DNA of 63,994 bases, filler included, from Phoronis australis (lineage: Eukaryota > Animalia > Phoronida), in assembly GCA_002633005.1 (NCBI GenBank). It is 5 parts of 5 records of this genome, joined end to end, with 100 filler letters (N's around TTAATTAATTAA, not from the genome) between each part and the next. Parts side by side here need not be neighbours in the genome. Positions count along the whole stretch, not along the records: positions 1 to 23,440 come from NMRA01001372.1; 4 more parts are not named here. One strand, given 5' to 3'. This document shows positions 1-12,800 of this stretch, in pieces (the first letter of the stretch is position 1; each line of letters begins with the position of its first letter). A program made the translations under genes and the position numbers. The notes under the pieces were generated by a model. The model was not told the origin of the DNA. It made no database searches and worked only from the letters and a program-made list of their open reading frames with translations.

Positions 1-895
1 GCACAATTTCATGCTATCATGGAATTAATCTGCAATGATTTAACAAGTGAACATTAAACAGGAGCACAGAAAAATGTGGTCCACTACCACTGACTGAGCA
101 TGAACAAAAATGTCAGTTTTCACAATGATTCTCGAACAAAATTGAAAAGTTTTAACCATAATTTAATACAATTGTTTAAGTTAACGCACATGTCAATCCA
201 AATAAAGTTAATAGCACTGTATTTGTGTTTTCAACTGATCCATGGTAACCAAACTGAAAATATTAACATTTTTATAATGCTGTGATAGTTTATATAAAGA
301 ACATGTTTCAGACAAAATGAACATGACAAGTTGGCGTAATTTATTTGATCTAAAGCCCCATTTATGTTAAAGAAGGCACTTTTTGCAACATCTGCAATGT
401 CCATTCTGATTTAGGGTGTTATTTTATAGAAAGCCACCAGAAATGACAATTGAAGGTAAATGTAAATGTTTATTGATAACTTTTATCAAAGAAAGAACCC
501 TTTATTTTAGTAATAATTGGCAAAACCAACTTAAATGTAAGCCAGTTTTCTCATGTAATGAAGTTTTTCCAATATCTATCCAATATTTATCAATTAAGTT
601 AAAATTTAATAGCTCAATAACACAAATGGTGATTATTTTCACATACAAATTCACTTTAGTATATTTGTGATACGAAAACCAATTTTTTTCTTGTTTTTTT
701 GGTAACATGCAAGACGTACGAAAATAATACTTTCCATCATTTTCACATACAAATTCACTTTAGTCCATTGCAGAACACTCATTTTTCCCAATGAATTTGT
801 GATACGAACACTGTTTTTATTACTAATTTTAATGCCTGGCTATTTCTCACTCTCTTTGTAATACCACCTGTAAATACAACACTGATAAGGCATAC

Positions 896-3690
896 CTTGT
901 TCAAATTGTAGACATAGCATAGAGTTCCGAAAAATCCTGCTGTCGTGCACACTGCCAGGCCACTTGGCAACACAATTTGTTATTCGAAAATTTGCATCAC
1001 AGCACATCTAAAAAACAAAAAATTTGTTCATTAATTACATTTTGTTGTTTAGTTTGGTGAAAAATACGGATTTGCAGAGGGCGCTTACTCTTTCGGTGAT
1101 ATTATCTGGTGCTGTTGAGATTTTCTTCCATTGAAGTTCGGCCTCAAAAGTGACCCATGTTACGTTTCTGAAGGATTTTTATCACCTTCCGTCAAGAATG
1201 GTTCAAAATCCTGAGCCTAGTTTTTCTAACGCTCATACTAATAAAAGGGACTCAACCAATTCATTTCCTCGCACTTTTCGATGAGGGATTTGACGCCGCT
1301 GACCCGCCTGTATGTACACCCGTCATTCACAACATCATGTGAAGTTGGAATATTTGATTAAAATTCCAACAACAATTCTTAAACTCAAAAGGATTTTACA
1401 CCAACTTCTAGTTAATATTCACAGGCATAAGTTATACATTTGAAGGAAATTAGAATTCTCACGTCATACGGTGCATTATAAAAGACTCAAAACACACTTT
1501 TCATACCAAAAATATTGGTGCAGTGGCCACCACACCTGCCCGATTGGCTCTGCTACATGTGAATAATCTATTCATTTATTCAATTTCATAGCACAGCAGT
1601 GGGCTTTCCCCAATTAAAGATCTATTTTATATTTTATGACAATTTTCTTGGCTAGTAAAGTTATAATTTTCTTATGCCAAAAATATGTACTACTTTGAAT
1701 TTCGTTATATTCATAAAATTAATGATAGCATCTGAGAGAGATCTAAGCTAAATGTAAGTAGGCCTACCATAGACGTAAACGATTCTCTTGGTTCTATTAA
1801 TTGTATGTAAAAGTGTTCAAACAATAACTTGTCGAAACATGATGAACTTAATTTAAACATTAAGTGTATATTGATAAAGGGAAAAGAGAGACTGCAGCAA
1901 AACAGAGTGGAAAAGTGGTTCTATAAATTTTAGCACATTGGATTTACCTGGACATTAACGCTATGGAACATCTTTCTGTTCACAAAGACATGTGAATTTC
2001 CCTCTGCCGGTTTCTGAATTCTGATGTGGGTACAATCTATTGCACCTAACACATTCGGGAAACCTGTGATAAAATCGAATTAAAAAATGTCATCAACAAT
2101 GAATGTATGTATCACGAGTGTTACATCAAAATCAGTAAAGGCGAAATGATCTCGGGTTAATAGGACTGCATGGAACACAAACCAAGCAAACATTTTTTAA
2201 AATAAACTGTATGTTATGATTAAAAAATGCTACATCATAACCATTACTAGAGAGCTTCTGCTACAGGTACAACACGAATAATAGGTCCAACCTGGGGCAA
2301 TTCAATGAACAAAATGCAAAATTGATTGTTTTGAAAAGAACATAGTGTCACTTATTGCACTTTTTGACTACCTCTCAGTGCCACTTTCTCAGAATTCCGA
2401 TATGTTAAAAGTGTCTCAGCAAAGTAGCAATATACTGGGCGGTGGAGTTTGTGAGCTGCGACCGTCAGCTACTGGGTGCCAGCTAGAAGACTGAGAGACA
2501 GTGCTGTAGTGGGGTGTAGGCGCACGTAGGTGCAGCCAACCATAGCGCCTACGCACCGTAAGTTACGTTCAGTGCTCGAGGTGATACGGTGGGCTTTGGG
2601 CACCTACTTACCTCTAATTTTACCACTACAGGACTGCTGAGAGACTTGCCGGAAACAGAGGGGTCCGAGCAATGGAAGTGACATTGCCCCGCAAAAGCTA
2701 TCTAAAAATTGAAGTCCTAAGTTGTCTTTTCTGACACCAAAAATGACATTGACGAGCCTCAAAAAGAAACTGTGGCTCCTGTTTGTTGTGGGTATTTCGT
2801 ATCAAAGTATCTCTCTCTGTTCTTTTCATTAAACACTGCCTTTTTCTGTGCCACCCATGATTATTACCGCCTGTTGTGGCTGGGAAATGAATCTATCAGC
2901 AACATTGCAAGTCGACGAGACACGCGATAGTCACTAGTGCCTTGTGGATCAGAACAGAGGTCATGTTTCAAACATTGATCCGAATAAGGCAAATGCACTA
3001 AGTGACATTTGTCTTATGGTTGACTTAACTTTCTAAAACTGTTAAAGGGGTCACATTTAACGAACTTTCACGATAAATTGACAACAAAACTCACGATGAC
3101 GAAGCCATCTCTGCCCACGTTGTCCGGCAAATTTACAAAGGCTGAGCGCGGAAATGTAGGTCAACTTATAAACAAACAACGACGCCCTCAAGCGTTAGCG
3201 TTCGTGTTTAACGTGTGGCCGAAAATCCCGCTCTCACTCTCAGTAAATAACAATTAAGAAATGATCCATATTTACCTGACAACTCAGAAAACCGGCACTT
3301 GGTTATTCTTGCACTATCTCCCGTTGGAAATGCCACAAAGTGGCCGGCGGTCTTTATCAGAGCACAGCAAACTTGACGGATTGCTCGTCCCACTGTCGAT
3401 TTTCCATATATTAGAGATTCCCCGATGAGGGTGTAATGAGAGCCTGAGGCGAGGAAGCGGAGGGTCAGGAGGAGTTTGTAAAGAGGCGGTAACGATGTGT
3501 TGCTGTGGTATTGGTTTATATTGATTAGATTTAATATGAAGACTATAGTGTTGGGTACGAAGCGGTACCTACGGAATACTTCCTCGCTACTCAGGCTCTC
3601 CAACCGGTTTTGTCGGTCTGGAAGTGGTCTTCGTATCGCAGCTGCCCTTTCTCTGCCTCTATTTCTTAAATAATGTCTAACGTCTGCCAT
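896..3690 (-). CDS. Harbinger/PIF transposase (HARBI1-like DDE nuclease), three in-frame exons: 3690-3276, 2063-1948, 1007-896; 3' exons not found
   Basis: Exon 1 has [28 protein letters not shown]. Exon 2 reads [32 protein letters not shown]. Exon 3 reads [29 protein letters not shown]. All junctions are GT-AG with matching phases. Confidence 0.9.
2499..2636. mobile_element. hAT-type MITE inside Harbinger intron 1
   Basis: TIRs CAGTGCTGTAGTGG / CCACTACAGGACTG, flanked by an exact 8-bp TSD CTGAGAGA (2491-2498, 2637-2644). Confidence 0.85.
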
Positions 3691-3699
3691 TTTTTATTT

Positions 3700-3888
3700 T
3701 CGAGTGCGATTTCAAGTACGCTAGGTTAGCAAACTTGAAATTTGGAGTCAAAACTCCAAATTTCGAGTCAAAAAATTTTCGAGTCTGACATTAGGCACGC
3801 CTATTTCGAGTTTGGACTCCAGTCGAGTTGAAAATGAGATTTCGAGTCCGAGTTCGAGTTCAAGTCTGACATTAGGCACCGGGCCCAG
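3700..3888 (-). mobile_element. Harbinger 5' terminus with subterminal TTCGAGT repeats
   Basis: Minus strand reads CTG|GGCCCGGTGCCTAATGTCAGAC. AGTCTGACATTAGGCAC occurs twice and TCGAGT many times, directly upstream of the transposase ATG. Confidence 0.65.
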
Positions 3889-4639
3889 GAGTATGGTTGG
3901 TCAAAATAACGTACGTTCACTAACAAGGTCTTGCAATCTAATTGGTTGCACAGTACATTAGTCAGAACACGAAACCTATTGGTGGATAACATAACTGCAT
4001 TACTGTTATGGGTATTAAGAGCTCTTCAACTGAAGATAACCATGAAATATACCGATTTAAACAGCCTGCTTGTGTAAAGAATATGGGGGTTGATGTACAT
4101 AGGTCAAGAAAACCACTTGCATAGATAGAAACTGGAATAGGTCCATGACCAGAACATGAAGGTCCGTGTTTATGTGTAATTGCCAGGAACCTAGGATGCC
4201 TTTGGTTGCTAAGCAACAATTCCTTTAACCTGTGTGTATTCTTGATAAAATTGCTGATGTAATTCGTGAAATTGCTCAGTCTTGCCTTTAGCCCTTATCA
4301 CGCTGACCCTTCATTCAGACTTCTTTCCTTGTATTCTGAGCTACACGTAAGTAATATCTCCATATTCAGGATCAATTTCTTGGACATTTTTAAAGTTTAA
4401 AGGAAAATGACAGGACAAGCATAAAGGGAAAAGCGCGAATCATTTCCGTAGATCATTCGCTGGCGCCTTTGCAAGGAAAAGTATACCAGCCGTCATCACG
4501 TCTTGTGCGGTAGTTATTGGATATATTTAACACTGTCGGATTTCTGACTAAGCAATGCTGTGATAGAGCACTTGTTTCATCTTTATATCTACCGAAGTGT
4601 TGCCTCGTCTCATAGGTCCTTTTATCTCGATTTATTTTG

Positions 4640-5090
4640 AGACTTGATCCAGAAAAGGAAGCTGAACAAATGAATAAGTAAGTAAACAGACTTGTGGACA
4701 TGCTGGTCCCGTAGAAAGTGAACGTTAACGTAACCAGAGACGTGACTGCAATGACTTCATGTGTACTGCTCGACTGCCACAAAATCTGTGTAACTGCTTC
4801 GAAAACTATACCGAGGTACACTCAGACAGCAAGCACAACCATGATAGCAAGATGGCGAACACCCACATGTCGTGAACACATCCACTACCACAAGAAACTG
4901 TAGGAACACCGCATTTATCCACCTTCACTTTTATCAGGCTTCTATTGTGAGTCAGCATGCGTGAATAATTGGCTGATAAACCACCTCTGGAACTGCTTTT
5001 GGCTGAATGGATCACCAGGCCATAAAATGATAATTAGCCAAGACCAGTTACTAATGCAACAAAGAATAATGTCGTAGCATTACTTAGCCT
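4640..5090 (-). pseudogene. possible rhodopsin-like GPCR TM5-TM7 relic
   Basis: Three hydrophobic stretches with GPCR-like spacing across frameshifts and stops: TLFFVALVTGLG.LSFYGLVI, VFLQFLVVVDVFTTC..VFAILL, VTSLVTLTFTFYGTSMSTSLFTYLF. Confidence 0.3.
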
Positions 5091-5639
5091 TGGTGGAAAG
5101 CTGTATACCGTATTGGCTCTAATAAACGCTTAGAAAAATTCATTTCACGGGGAAGGGACGCTCATTGTAGCCTACGGCAGTTGAAACCCGGTTTCCCAAA
5201 CGGGTTAAATCGGAAGCTAGGATTCATCAAATTTACGCTCTGTGACGTATTTGTAGCCTATGACAGTCTTTCTGCAAAATTGTGGTGCATTGCTATCAAC
5301 TTCCGTTGTTAAATTACGATATTTTTTCAAAAAATTGTGCGCATCATGACAGGGCGAAAACTTGCCGACTGATGCGTTGCTGAATCGTGATCGTCAATAG
5401 GAAAAATTGAACTCTTGAAAAAAAACATAGTTTTGACTCAACAAATTACCTGAAATCTTCCTTATGTTTTACAATTTTTTAAAGTTCATGTGGAGTCCAG
5501 ATTAATTGCGATTAAGTCCAAATCTGTGCTACATCGTACCCCACAACACCAAAAAAATCTTTGAACACACATGTTGTCACGTGACGTTTGTTTTGAAGTT
5601 CGTCTGCGTGAGTGAGTGAGCGTGCGTGCGCGGGTCATC

Positions 5640-5890
5640 GAGGAAAGACTTTTTTGTTACAAAGGGCGGAGGATTATGCAAGAAAATGGCGTTTACTAGA
5701 TTGTTTTTCACTTAAACGGCTGCAACGTTCAAGGTGAGTGCTGGTTAACTCGCATATTTTGTGTGCATAGGCCGACGGTCGTTAGCTCTACCGTGGAGTA
5801 CCATAGTAGTCCAAGGCTCGATCTACAAGTTGGGGACAAGGTGAACTACCCAGGCTGTGTGAAATTTCTGGGTCTAAAGGAGACACTGAC
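5640..5890 (+). repeat. diverged copy of the repeat family forming the 27.1-29.1 kb foldback
   Basis: CAAGGTGAGTG..GAACTACC..GGCTGTGTG.AATTTC..GGTCTA matches 27700-27830. 5648-5692 is the reverse complement of ~28641-28688. Confidence 0.7.
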
Positions 5891-6951
5891 GCAGCCAGCT
5901 CGGTGTGTCAAGACCATAGTCAAAATCCGTTCGTTTTATCGTGTCCCTGTCAATAATAACGCCATGCTGAAGCTTCTTAATTTTCGTACTTCAGGAACAT
6001 AACACTCCCGTGTTTTGTACTGTACATACGCGCACGCCGCAGATCACATCTCGGGAATTGCCGATTTGACGGATGACATCGAATGAGCACAGTGAAATTA
6101 AAAAACGACGTTTTACAGCTTGTAAGATTCATAATAAACTTATTTTGAATATTGCAATGCATGTGTTCCAAAATCTAAATAACTTGGGTCCTATATTTTT
6201 GTATTCGTGCGCGCTGAATGAAAGTAATCGTGAGTGTTGCTGTGTTGCAAAATGTCTTATCCTGGGCCGATTTGAAAAATTCAGAGTTGTACTCTTATTT
6301 ATTTCCGCTCCTCTTTTCAAATATTACAGTAAAAACTACGTAAAACTCTCTCCACAAAAAGTACAGTCTGCTAGCTAGATTGTAATCTGCTGATCATATC
6401 CTCGTGAGCGAAACCAATTATCCTCACTCGTGACTCGATGAATAGAGCAGCTGGCGGCATCCCTTTGATCGTGAGCCGAGCGCGACTAGGCCAAGGTTGA
6501 TCAATACGGTCTAGTTCAATTTTCCAAACCCCATCGTTTACCTTGACCATTGGGGTTAGGACCAATCTTATTTAGTGGGAGTGTTTATAGCATGCTGTAG
6601 AAGAAAAGCAAAGGTTGATACACCGCCTATGCGTCTTCGGCCCTTTGGTAATCAAACAGCTTCAGTGCGAGGTAACAGCAGTGCTGCCTCATTCACCCCG
6701 GACGACATGTGCTTTAACACCGCCAGTATTTTACCCTTTCTATATGACCACAGTTTTGAATTCTCTGTCCAAACGATATTTGATTTGTTAATTAGTATTT
6801 TCCCACATTAACGTAATTACCGGCTTTTCATTGTCAAAAAACAAAGATACTTTTTCAACTACATGTTCTTACCCCGCCTCCTATTCAAACAAAGGAAGGA
6901 GATGTCGACGTTCATCCAGATGGTTAATTCAGTATGCAATGGTTGCGTCCT

Positions 6952-7380
6952 CACCCTTACAAAAATGAACTTAAGTTTTTCGCTGAAAACTTAAGTTTTT
7001 GGCGAAAAAACTTTAGTTTTTCGAAAATAATTTAAGTTTTAGAGGAAAAACTTAAGTTCTTCCGAATAACTTAAGTTTTTAAAAGAAACTTAAGTTTTTA
7101 AAACTTAAGTTTTTCACCAAAAACTTAAGTTTTCAGCACAATGTTAAGTTTTTCAGAAAATTTAAGTTTTTTAGGAAACTTAAGTTTTTTCAAGTGTAAA
7201 ACTTAAGTTTTCACAAATAAACTTAGGTTTCAAGTAATAAGTTAAGTTTTCATGAAGACACAAAACTTAAGTTTTTGTAATTTTAAAAACTTAAGTTTTC
7301 CTGACTTCTTAAGTTTTTCAGAAAACTGGATTTTTTCATTTGTGGAAAACTTGAATTTTCTAAAAACTTTAAGGTTTCTA
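6952..7380. repeat. array of palindromic AAAACTTAAGTTTT units, probable CACTA/CMC-type subterminal region
   Basis: Roughly 20 variant copies at ~20-bp spacing, beginning with CACCCTTACAAAAA. Confidence 0.65.
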
Positions 7381-8109
7381 TGTGATGAAAATTTACGTTT
7401 TCAAGTTTTTAAAATTTGAATATTGTGAGATCTATTTAATTTTTGGCTCGAAATTTTTCACATTATTTTCCAACAAAAAATTATTGTTTGCTCATGCAAA
7501 ACCCATCATCTCAAAAAAANNNNNNNNNNNNNNNNNNNNNNNNNNNNNNNNNNNNNNNNNNNNNNNNNNNNNNNNNNNNNNNNNNNNNNNNNNNNNNNNN
7601 NNNNNNNNNNNNNNNACAGTTTCATCATTTGATAAAAATATTAATTAATTTGTCATAGAACTTGAACTAAAAAGTTACATAATACGATACCTGGTTAGCC
7701 TGAAGTCCAACTTTTATTAACACATTAAGTTTTGTCATATGCACGGTTTGTTCTAGATTGTAATAGCATAATAGGTGACCATGTGAATGTTTTGTATTCA
7801 AGTTGTATAGAATAAAATTGTTTTGAATGTCGCGAATCCAGGATTAAATCTTCATTCAAAACAGTATGTGGAAAACTGACCCACTGCAGTGAATGCTTGA
7901 AGTAAACTTGCAGACTAGTCTTGCACTTGAATCCTGGAGAGTGATTGGTTAAATTTTGAGTTTGAAGACTATTCTAGGCTCTGTATATAAGTCAGGAAGT
8001 TTAACAAATCAGTGTTGTATAAACAGCTCGATAAATATCCAGAAAGTTAAGTTGTCTTATACTGATAGCTTTTACCGGTCTGTTATTAAATTTGTTGTCT
8101 TTATTGCAG

Positions 8110-8293
8110 TGTGTGCCTTCAACAATCGTTGGATAAGGAAGGCTACCCAGACAACGCAACGTACGCACTTACGAACTGCAGCTCATGAACCTATGAATTC
8201 AGTTATCTGAGCTCAGAAACGCGCGTCTGTAGTCACAAATTATGGATTATTTGCCTGTGAAGCTAAGCGAGCAGATCCAGCTAAAGAAGATTA
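8110..8293 (+). pseudogene. possible C-type lectin domain terminal exon relic
   Basis: After a TTGCAG acceptor: AFNNRW / EGYPDNATYALTNC ... RVCSHK / FACEAKR, resembling the CTLD W..G.P.N..C..C..CE pattern, broken by frameshifts and a stop. Confidence 0.3.
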
Positions 8294-8539
8294 AGTGGCT
8301 TGTGGTCTACCATAGGGCCCTTTCACATTGACTTAACTCTTGTCTGAGCGGAGCATCGGCGTATACTGCGAAGTTAAGTGGACCGTTCATTCTGGCTTCG
8401 GTAGTTAATGAACTTCGAAGTAAACAGTAGGTGACACTGTCGTGATCGAATGTATCGCGAGGTAGCACTGCACGCTAAGATGTGACAACTTGGGAACATT
8501 TACATGTGTTAATTGACACAAAACATAAATTGATTGGTG

Positions 8540-9818
8540 ATTATTGGGGATGAATAAAACAACAAGAATAATAAATATTTTAAGTTGTATTGGGAATTTC
8601 AGGGTCACAGCTCTACAAATAAATAGTTCACAGAAGGAACCAGATGGGTTCCTTAATTACAAGAGATAACACACACATTTCCGATACACAAAGTGTAATT
8701 GAGTATCGGGTACTAAGTGGCACAGGTTAGCATAGTACCAAATGGAAACATAATACCAAATGGGTATTGGCCGATTGCCTACCAAGTGGGTACATCAAAC
8801 AGCCAACTGAGCTATAACAACCTGCAAAGCAGGTTCCGGACAAGCTGAGTGAGCAAACCAGCCGGAGTGATAAAAAGAAATATTGTAAGGAACGTGGTGT
8901 TGTGGCTCAGTATGTGCCGAGAGCTGTGAACGGGGTGGAGAGAAGCAAGCTGCAGTAATGGATGCTCAAGTACAGGTCTGGTTGCTAGCCAATGACGTCA
9001 GTTCTTGCCTGACGGTAACACGCTCCGGGCTTGAAGAAGGTACCAGCAGTGGCTGTAAAAACAACAATAACCAACAGCAGATTTTGTCCGTGGAAAAGGT
9101 AGAAAACGGATGACGTGAAATTGTGTGGTACCCGGGTAGGGAGGGCGGGAGAGGTATAAACTTGTCTAATTAGGAAAACTTACGAGTGAATGTACTGTTG
9201 CTTGAGGCTGGGCCAACAGGAAGCTGGAGAGAAGAACAAGCAGCGCAACCATCGGACTTGGTAGGAACTAACCAGGAGTTGGATTTGAAGCATGAAGGGC
9301 TCTATAATGGTATTTGCCCAAATAATAGGATTTATGTCAGAGTGCCATACATCTCATTATTGGTGACAAATAAAACAACAAGAATAATAAATATTTTAAG
9401 TTGTATTGGGAATTTCAGGGTCACAGCTCTACAAATAAATATTTCACAGAAGGAACCAGATGGGTTCCTTAATTACAAGGGATAACACACACATTTCCGA
9501 TACCCAAAGTGTAATTGAGTATCGGGTACTAAGTGGCACAGGTTAGCATAGTACCAAATGGGTACATAATACCAAATGGGTATTGGCCGATTGCCTACCA
9601 ACTGGGTCGAGCAAAGCGGCAAATTCAATAACAAGTACCAAGTGGGTACAAACTGCCAAATGGGCAAATAACATATAAAGTACCAAGTGGGTACATCAAA
9701 CAGCCAACTGGGCTATAACAACCTGCAAAGCAGGTTCCGGACAAGTTGAGTGAGCAGACCAGCCGGAGTGATAAAAAGAGATATTGTAAGGAACGTGGTG
9801 TTGTGGCTCAGTATGTGC
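8540..9818 (+). repeat. local direct duplication 8540-8918 / 9355-9818 with internal TACCAA(A/G)TGGG repeats
   Basis: Near-identical blocks (ATAAAACAACAAGAATAATAAATATTTTAAG...GGCTCAGTATGTGCC). The second copy has about 90 bp more of the short repeats. Confidence 0.9.
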
Positions 9819-12800
9819 CACATGGGAAGGGTTGTTCATGGATGAACAATCCTCTCCACCGCCACAACCCACGTGGGGGCCGTGATCCTGGTAGAGGAGT
9901 GACAAGGGATGGGAGAAAAAGGTAGTCACAAGCAATGAGAAAAGNGCACAGCACACGAGGACAGATTGGATACCTCACGGTGAGCAGTACCGCTCCCGCC
10001 AAGCTCGAAGTTGTGGTTGCTGTACATTACAGGTACTTCTACTGATCCCATACCACACTCACCCAGCAGACACTGCTATGCCTTAACTACAAGGAAAATT
10101 GCACCACATAACGGTGCAGGCACAAACTTACCTGGAGGACCTGCGGTGGTTCCCACCCGAGCATCGCATGGCACAGTACCACCCTACGCTCCCGGCCAGG
10201 CTTTCTCCGGGGCCAAGCCTCCCCCAAAGGCCAACTAACCCTCACTCATATCGCGGTAAATCCTGGCGAAATTCAGCCGGTTTAGGGCACACTTTAGTAC
10301 CCCAAGTTTAGTGCCCCTCAATTATTACGAATCTAATGCATCATGTACATGTATGAGCTAGGGTAGAGCAGCCGAAGAGAACTGACGTTCAGGTTACTAT
10401 GTGCGAAGGTGTTGGTATTGCAGTGGAACAATTAACTTGGGTAACAGAAGAGGTAAGCGTTGTGACAATGGCTGGGGAGTAAGCTCACACGGAAGCATGT
10501 GCTGTTAGGGAAACACGCTGCAAAATTGTACTGAGAACAGAAAGATTGTAGATTTTTTTTATAAAACATTTTTATTTTTATTATTTTTTTAAAAGTATTT
10601 TATTTAGTTTTTTTAAATATTTTCATTTGTCTGTATATATAACTATTTTATCTAGTTTTTGAAATATATTTTTTGTTTAATTTTTAAAATATTATTTATC
10701 TATGTTTTTAAATATATATTTTTAAGTTTTTATATTTGTTATTTAGTTTTTTATACATAGTTGTGTGTTTATTTTTTTATTTTTTTATATAAGTTAGGAA
10801 AGAAGTAATGATGGAGGAAAGGTAAAGGACCATCAGCATGGGAGCTGTCATTTCGTATAAAGATTATGAAGAGATCTAAAACCATTATTCAAGCAGTCTT
10901 ATTTATTTGGTGATGCTTTTCAGATGAAAACCGACAGCTTGATAAAATCATTAATTAAAACCATGTATCACGCTATCTGCCATAGACAGACCTTCATAGG
11001 AAACTTGCATGTCTACTATATGTTTAAGAAAAATATAATATCTATTAAATCCTACAGAACACAACCATACGAGAGAGCAGATGAGCAACAGGCTCTCAGG
11101 AATAATGATACCCCAAGTCGTATAAAATAAACAACACGAAGTACACAAATCAGGAAGCAACTTGGTCTACAAAATATGATTGGCTGTAAAGGGCTAGCAC
11201 CCTATCAATGTGTTCAACGAATATCCTAGAGCTAAGCAAAAGGACAAATAACATTTCTGCTGTTGATGTCAGGAAAAGATGGGCACAACTAGTCAGTAAA
11301 TGCAATTAAGCCTAGGGTTCTGGTATCATGAAAGTTTAGACTAGAAAGTTGCATTGCTGGCACGAGGTCATCAGCACTATGCAACAAGTTATTATGTAAT
11401 TACATGAGAGTGAAACCACAGGCTGGCCCATTACCACGAAATCTGAGTCAATGAGCACTGCAACTGAATTTGGGCTAGTGTGATTCCAGTGTGCTTTGGT
11501 GACGAAATTTTAGGAAGTAGGTTAGGCACATTTGCGTGCAATATAGGTTAACAAAATGAAAGGTTACAAGATTTTGAAATCGTAAATTAAAAATCTTGTG
11601 TTAGAATAAGTCAGACATTACTGGTAATCTGATATGATTTATACGCCTAAACGGGCAGATGTAACCCACTAGTGCGACAGTCACGCGTTTTAAAACTTGG
11701 CGCAGTGACATGGATACTGTTTAGGCCTACTAATAGCCCGGGTGTAGTGGATCCTTAGTTGCAGATGAAAACGACCCTACTTCAGCGGGTAAGGACAACT
11801 GTTAGAGTGACTGGCTGAGACCTAATTACACCGAAATGAACTAGTATATACGAAAATAGTAAAATTAAAGGAAAAGCTTAAGCCGGCCATGCCCTCGCTC
11901 TGGAGGCACTCGAGCGCAGATTTCGTACGACTATGCTATACGCGCCTGGGCAATGGACGACTAAGCAGGCATGTGAGACGTGATCTCATCGATCACAAGG
12001 TCCGCCTATCTGCCACTACAGTAGCCCACTCTTCGAAAATCGTCCTGGTGGGAAATACCCGACCACGGTACTAGACGAAAACAAAAGTTGACGCATTACC
12101 GTAACTTTAGCGCGGTTGGAAAAGGTTAAAATTATGCCGAGAGAACGAAATGTGAAGTATTATGTGATAGCAATTGACACGGGTGTTTTAAAATGTTTAA
12201 CACGTTTTGTTGTTATTATTATTTTTATTTTTTTAGTTTCTTTTTCAAATATTATTTATTTAATTTGTAGCAATGTTTTAGTGTACGTTTTAGTTTGTTT
12301 ATTAGTTGTATTATATGTTTTTTTAATTTTTAATTGATTTTTTTGTGGAAGGGTAGTATATATAGATTTTAAGTGTTCGTTCAGAATTAAGTATGCCGGT
12401 CAAAAGCGTAGATCAACATGCGTAGGGTTAGGGCCAGTGACGAAGTACTTGAAAAGGGCTCGACAAACAACGTATCCAAGGGTGAGTACAGTATTTCTGT
12501 ATCTTTCATCAGGAAGTCGAATAAAATGTCAACATTGGCATCCAAAGTTTTTTGTTTTTTTTTTAAATTATTATTATTATTATTATTTATATTATTATTA
12601 ATTATTATTTATTATTTATTATTTTTATATTATTGTTATTATTTATTATTATTTATTATTATTATTTTTTAGTTTTTCTTCATTATTATTTTATTTTTTT
12701 TAATTATTGTTTTGTTTTACTTAGTTCCTAAATTTTATTACTATTACTTTACCCACCAAAGTGGTTGCGCGCTATATGAGGACACTTCCATGTGTTAGAC

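Noticed and set aside
6952-7380. CRISPR-like array (also 9520-9700, 25610-25830 and 62112-62302)
   Set aside because: Repeats are short or degenerate, spacers are absent or only a few bases, no cas genes, and the context is eukaryotic.
12116-12672. Hydrophobic membrane-protein-like ORFs (and Lys/Asn-rich 57574-57774)
   Set aside because: Translations of (TTA)n and poly-T/A low-complexity tracts.
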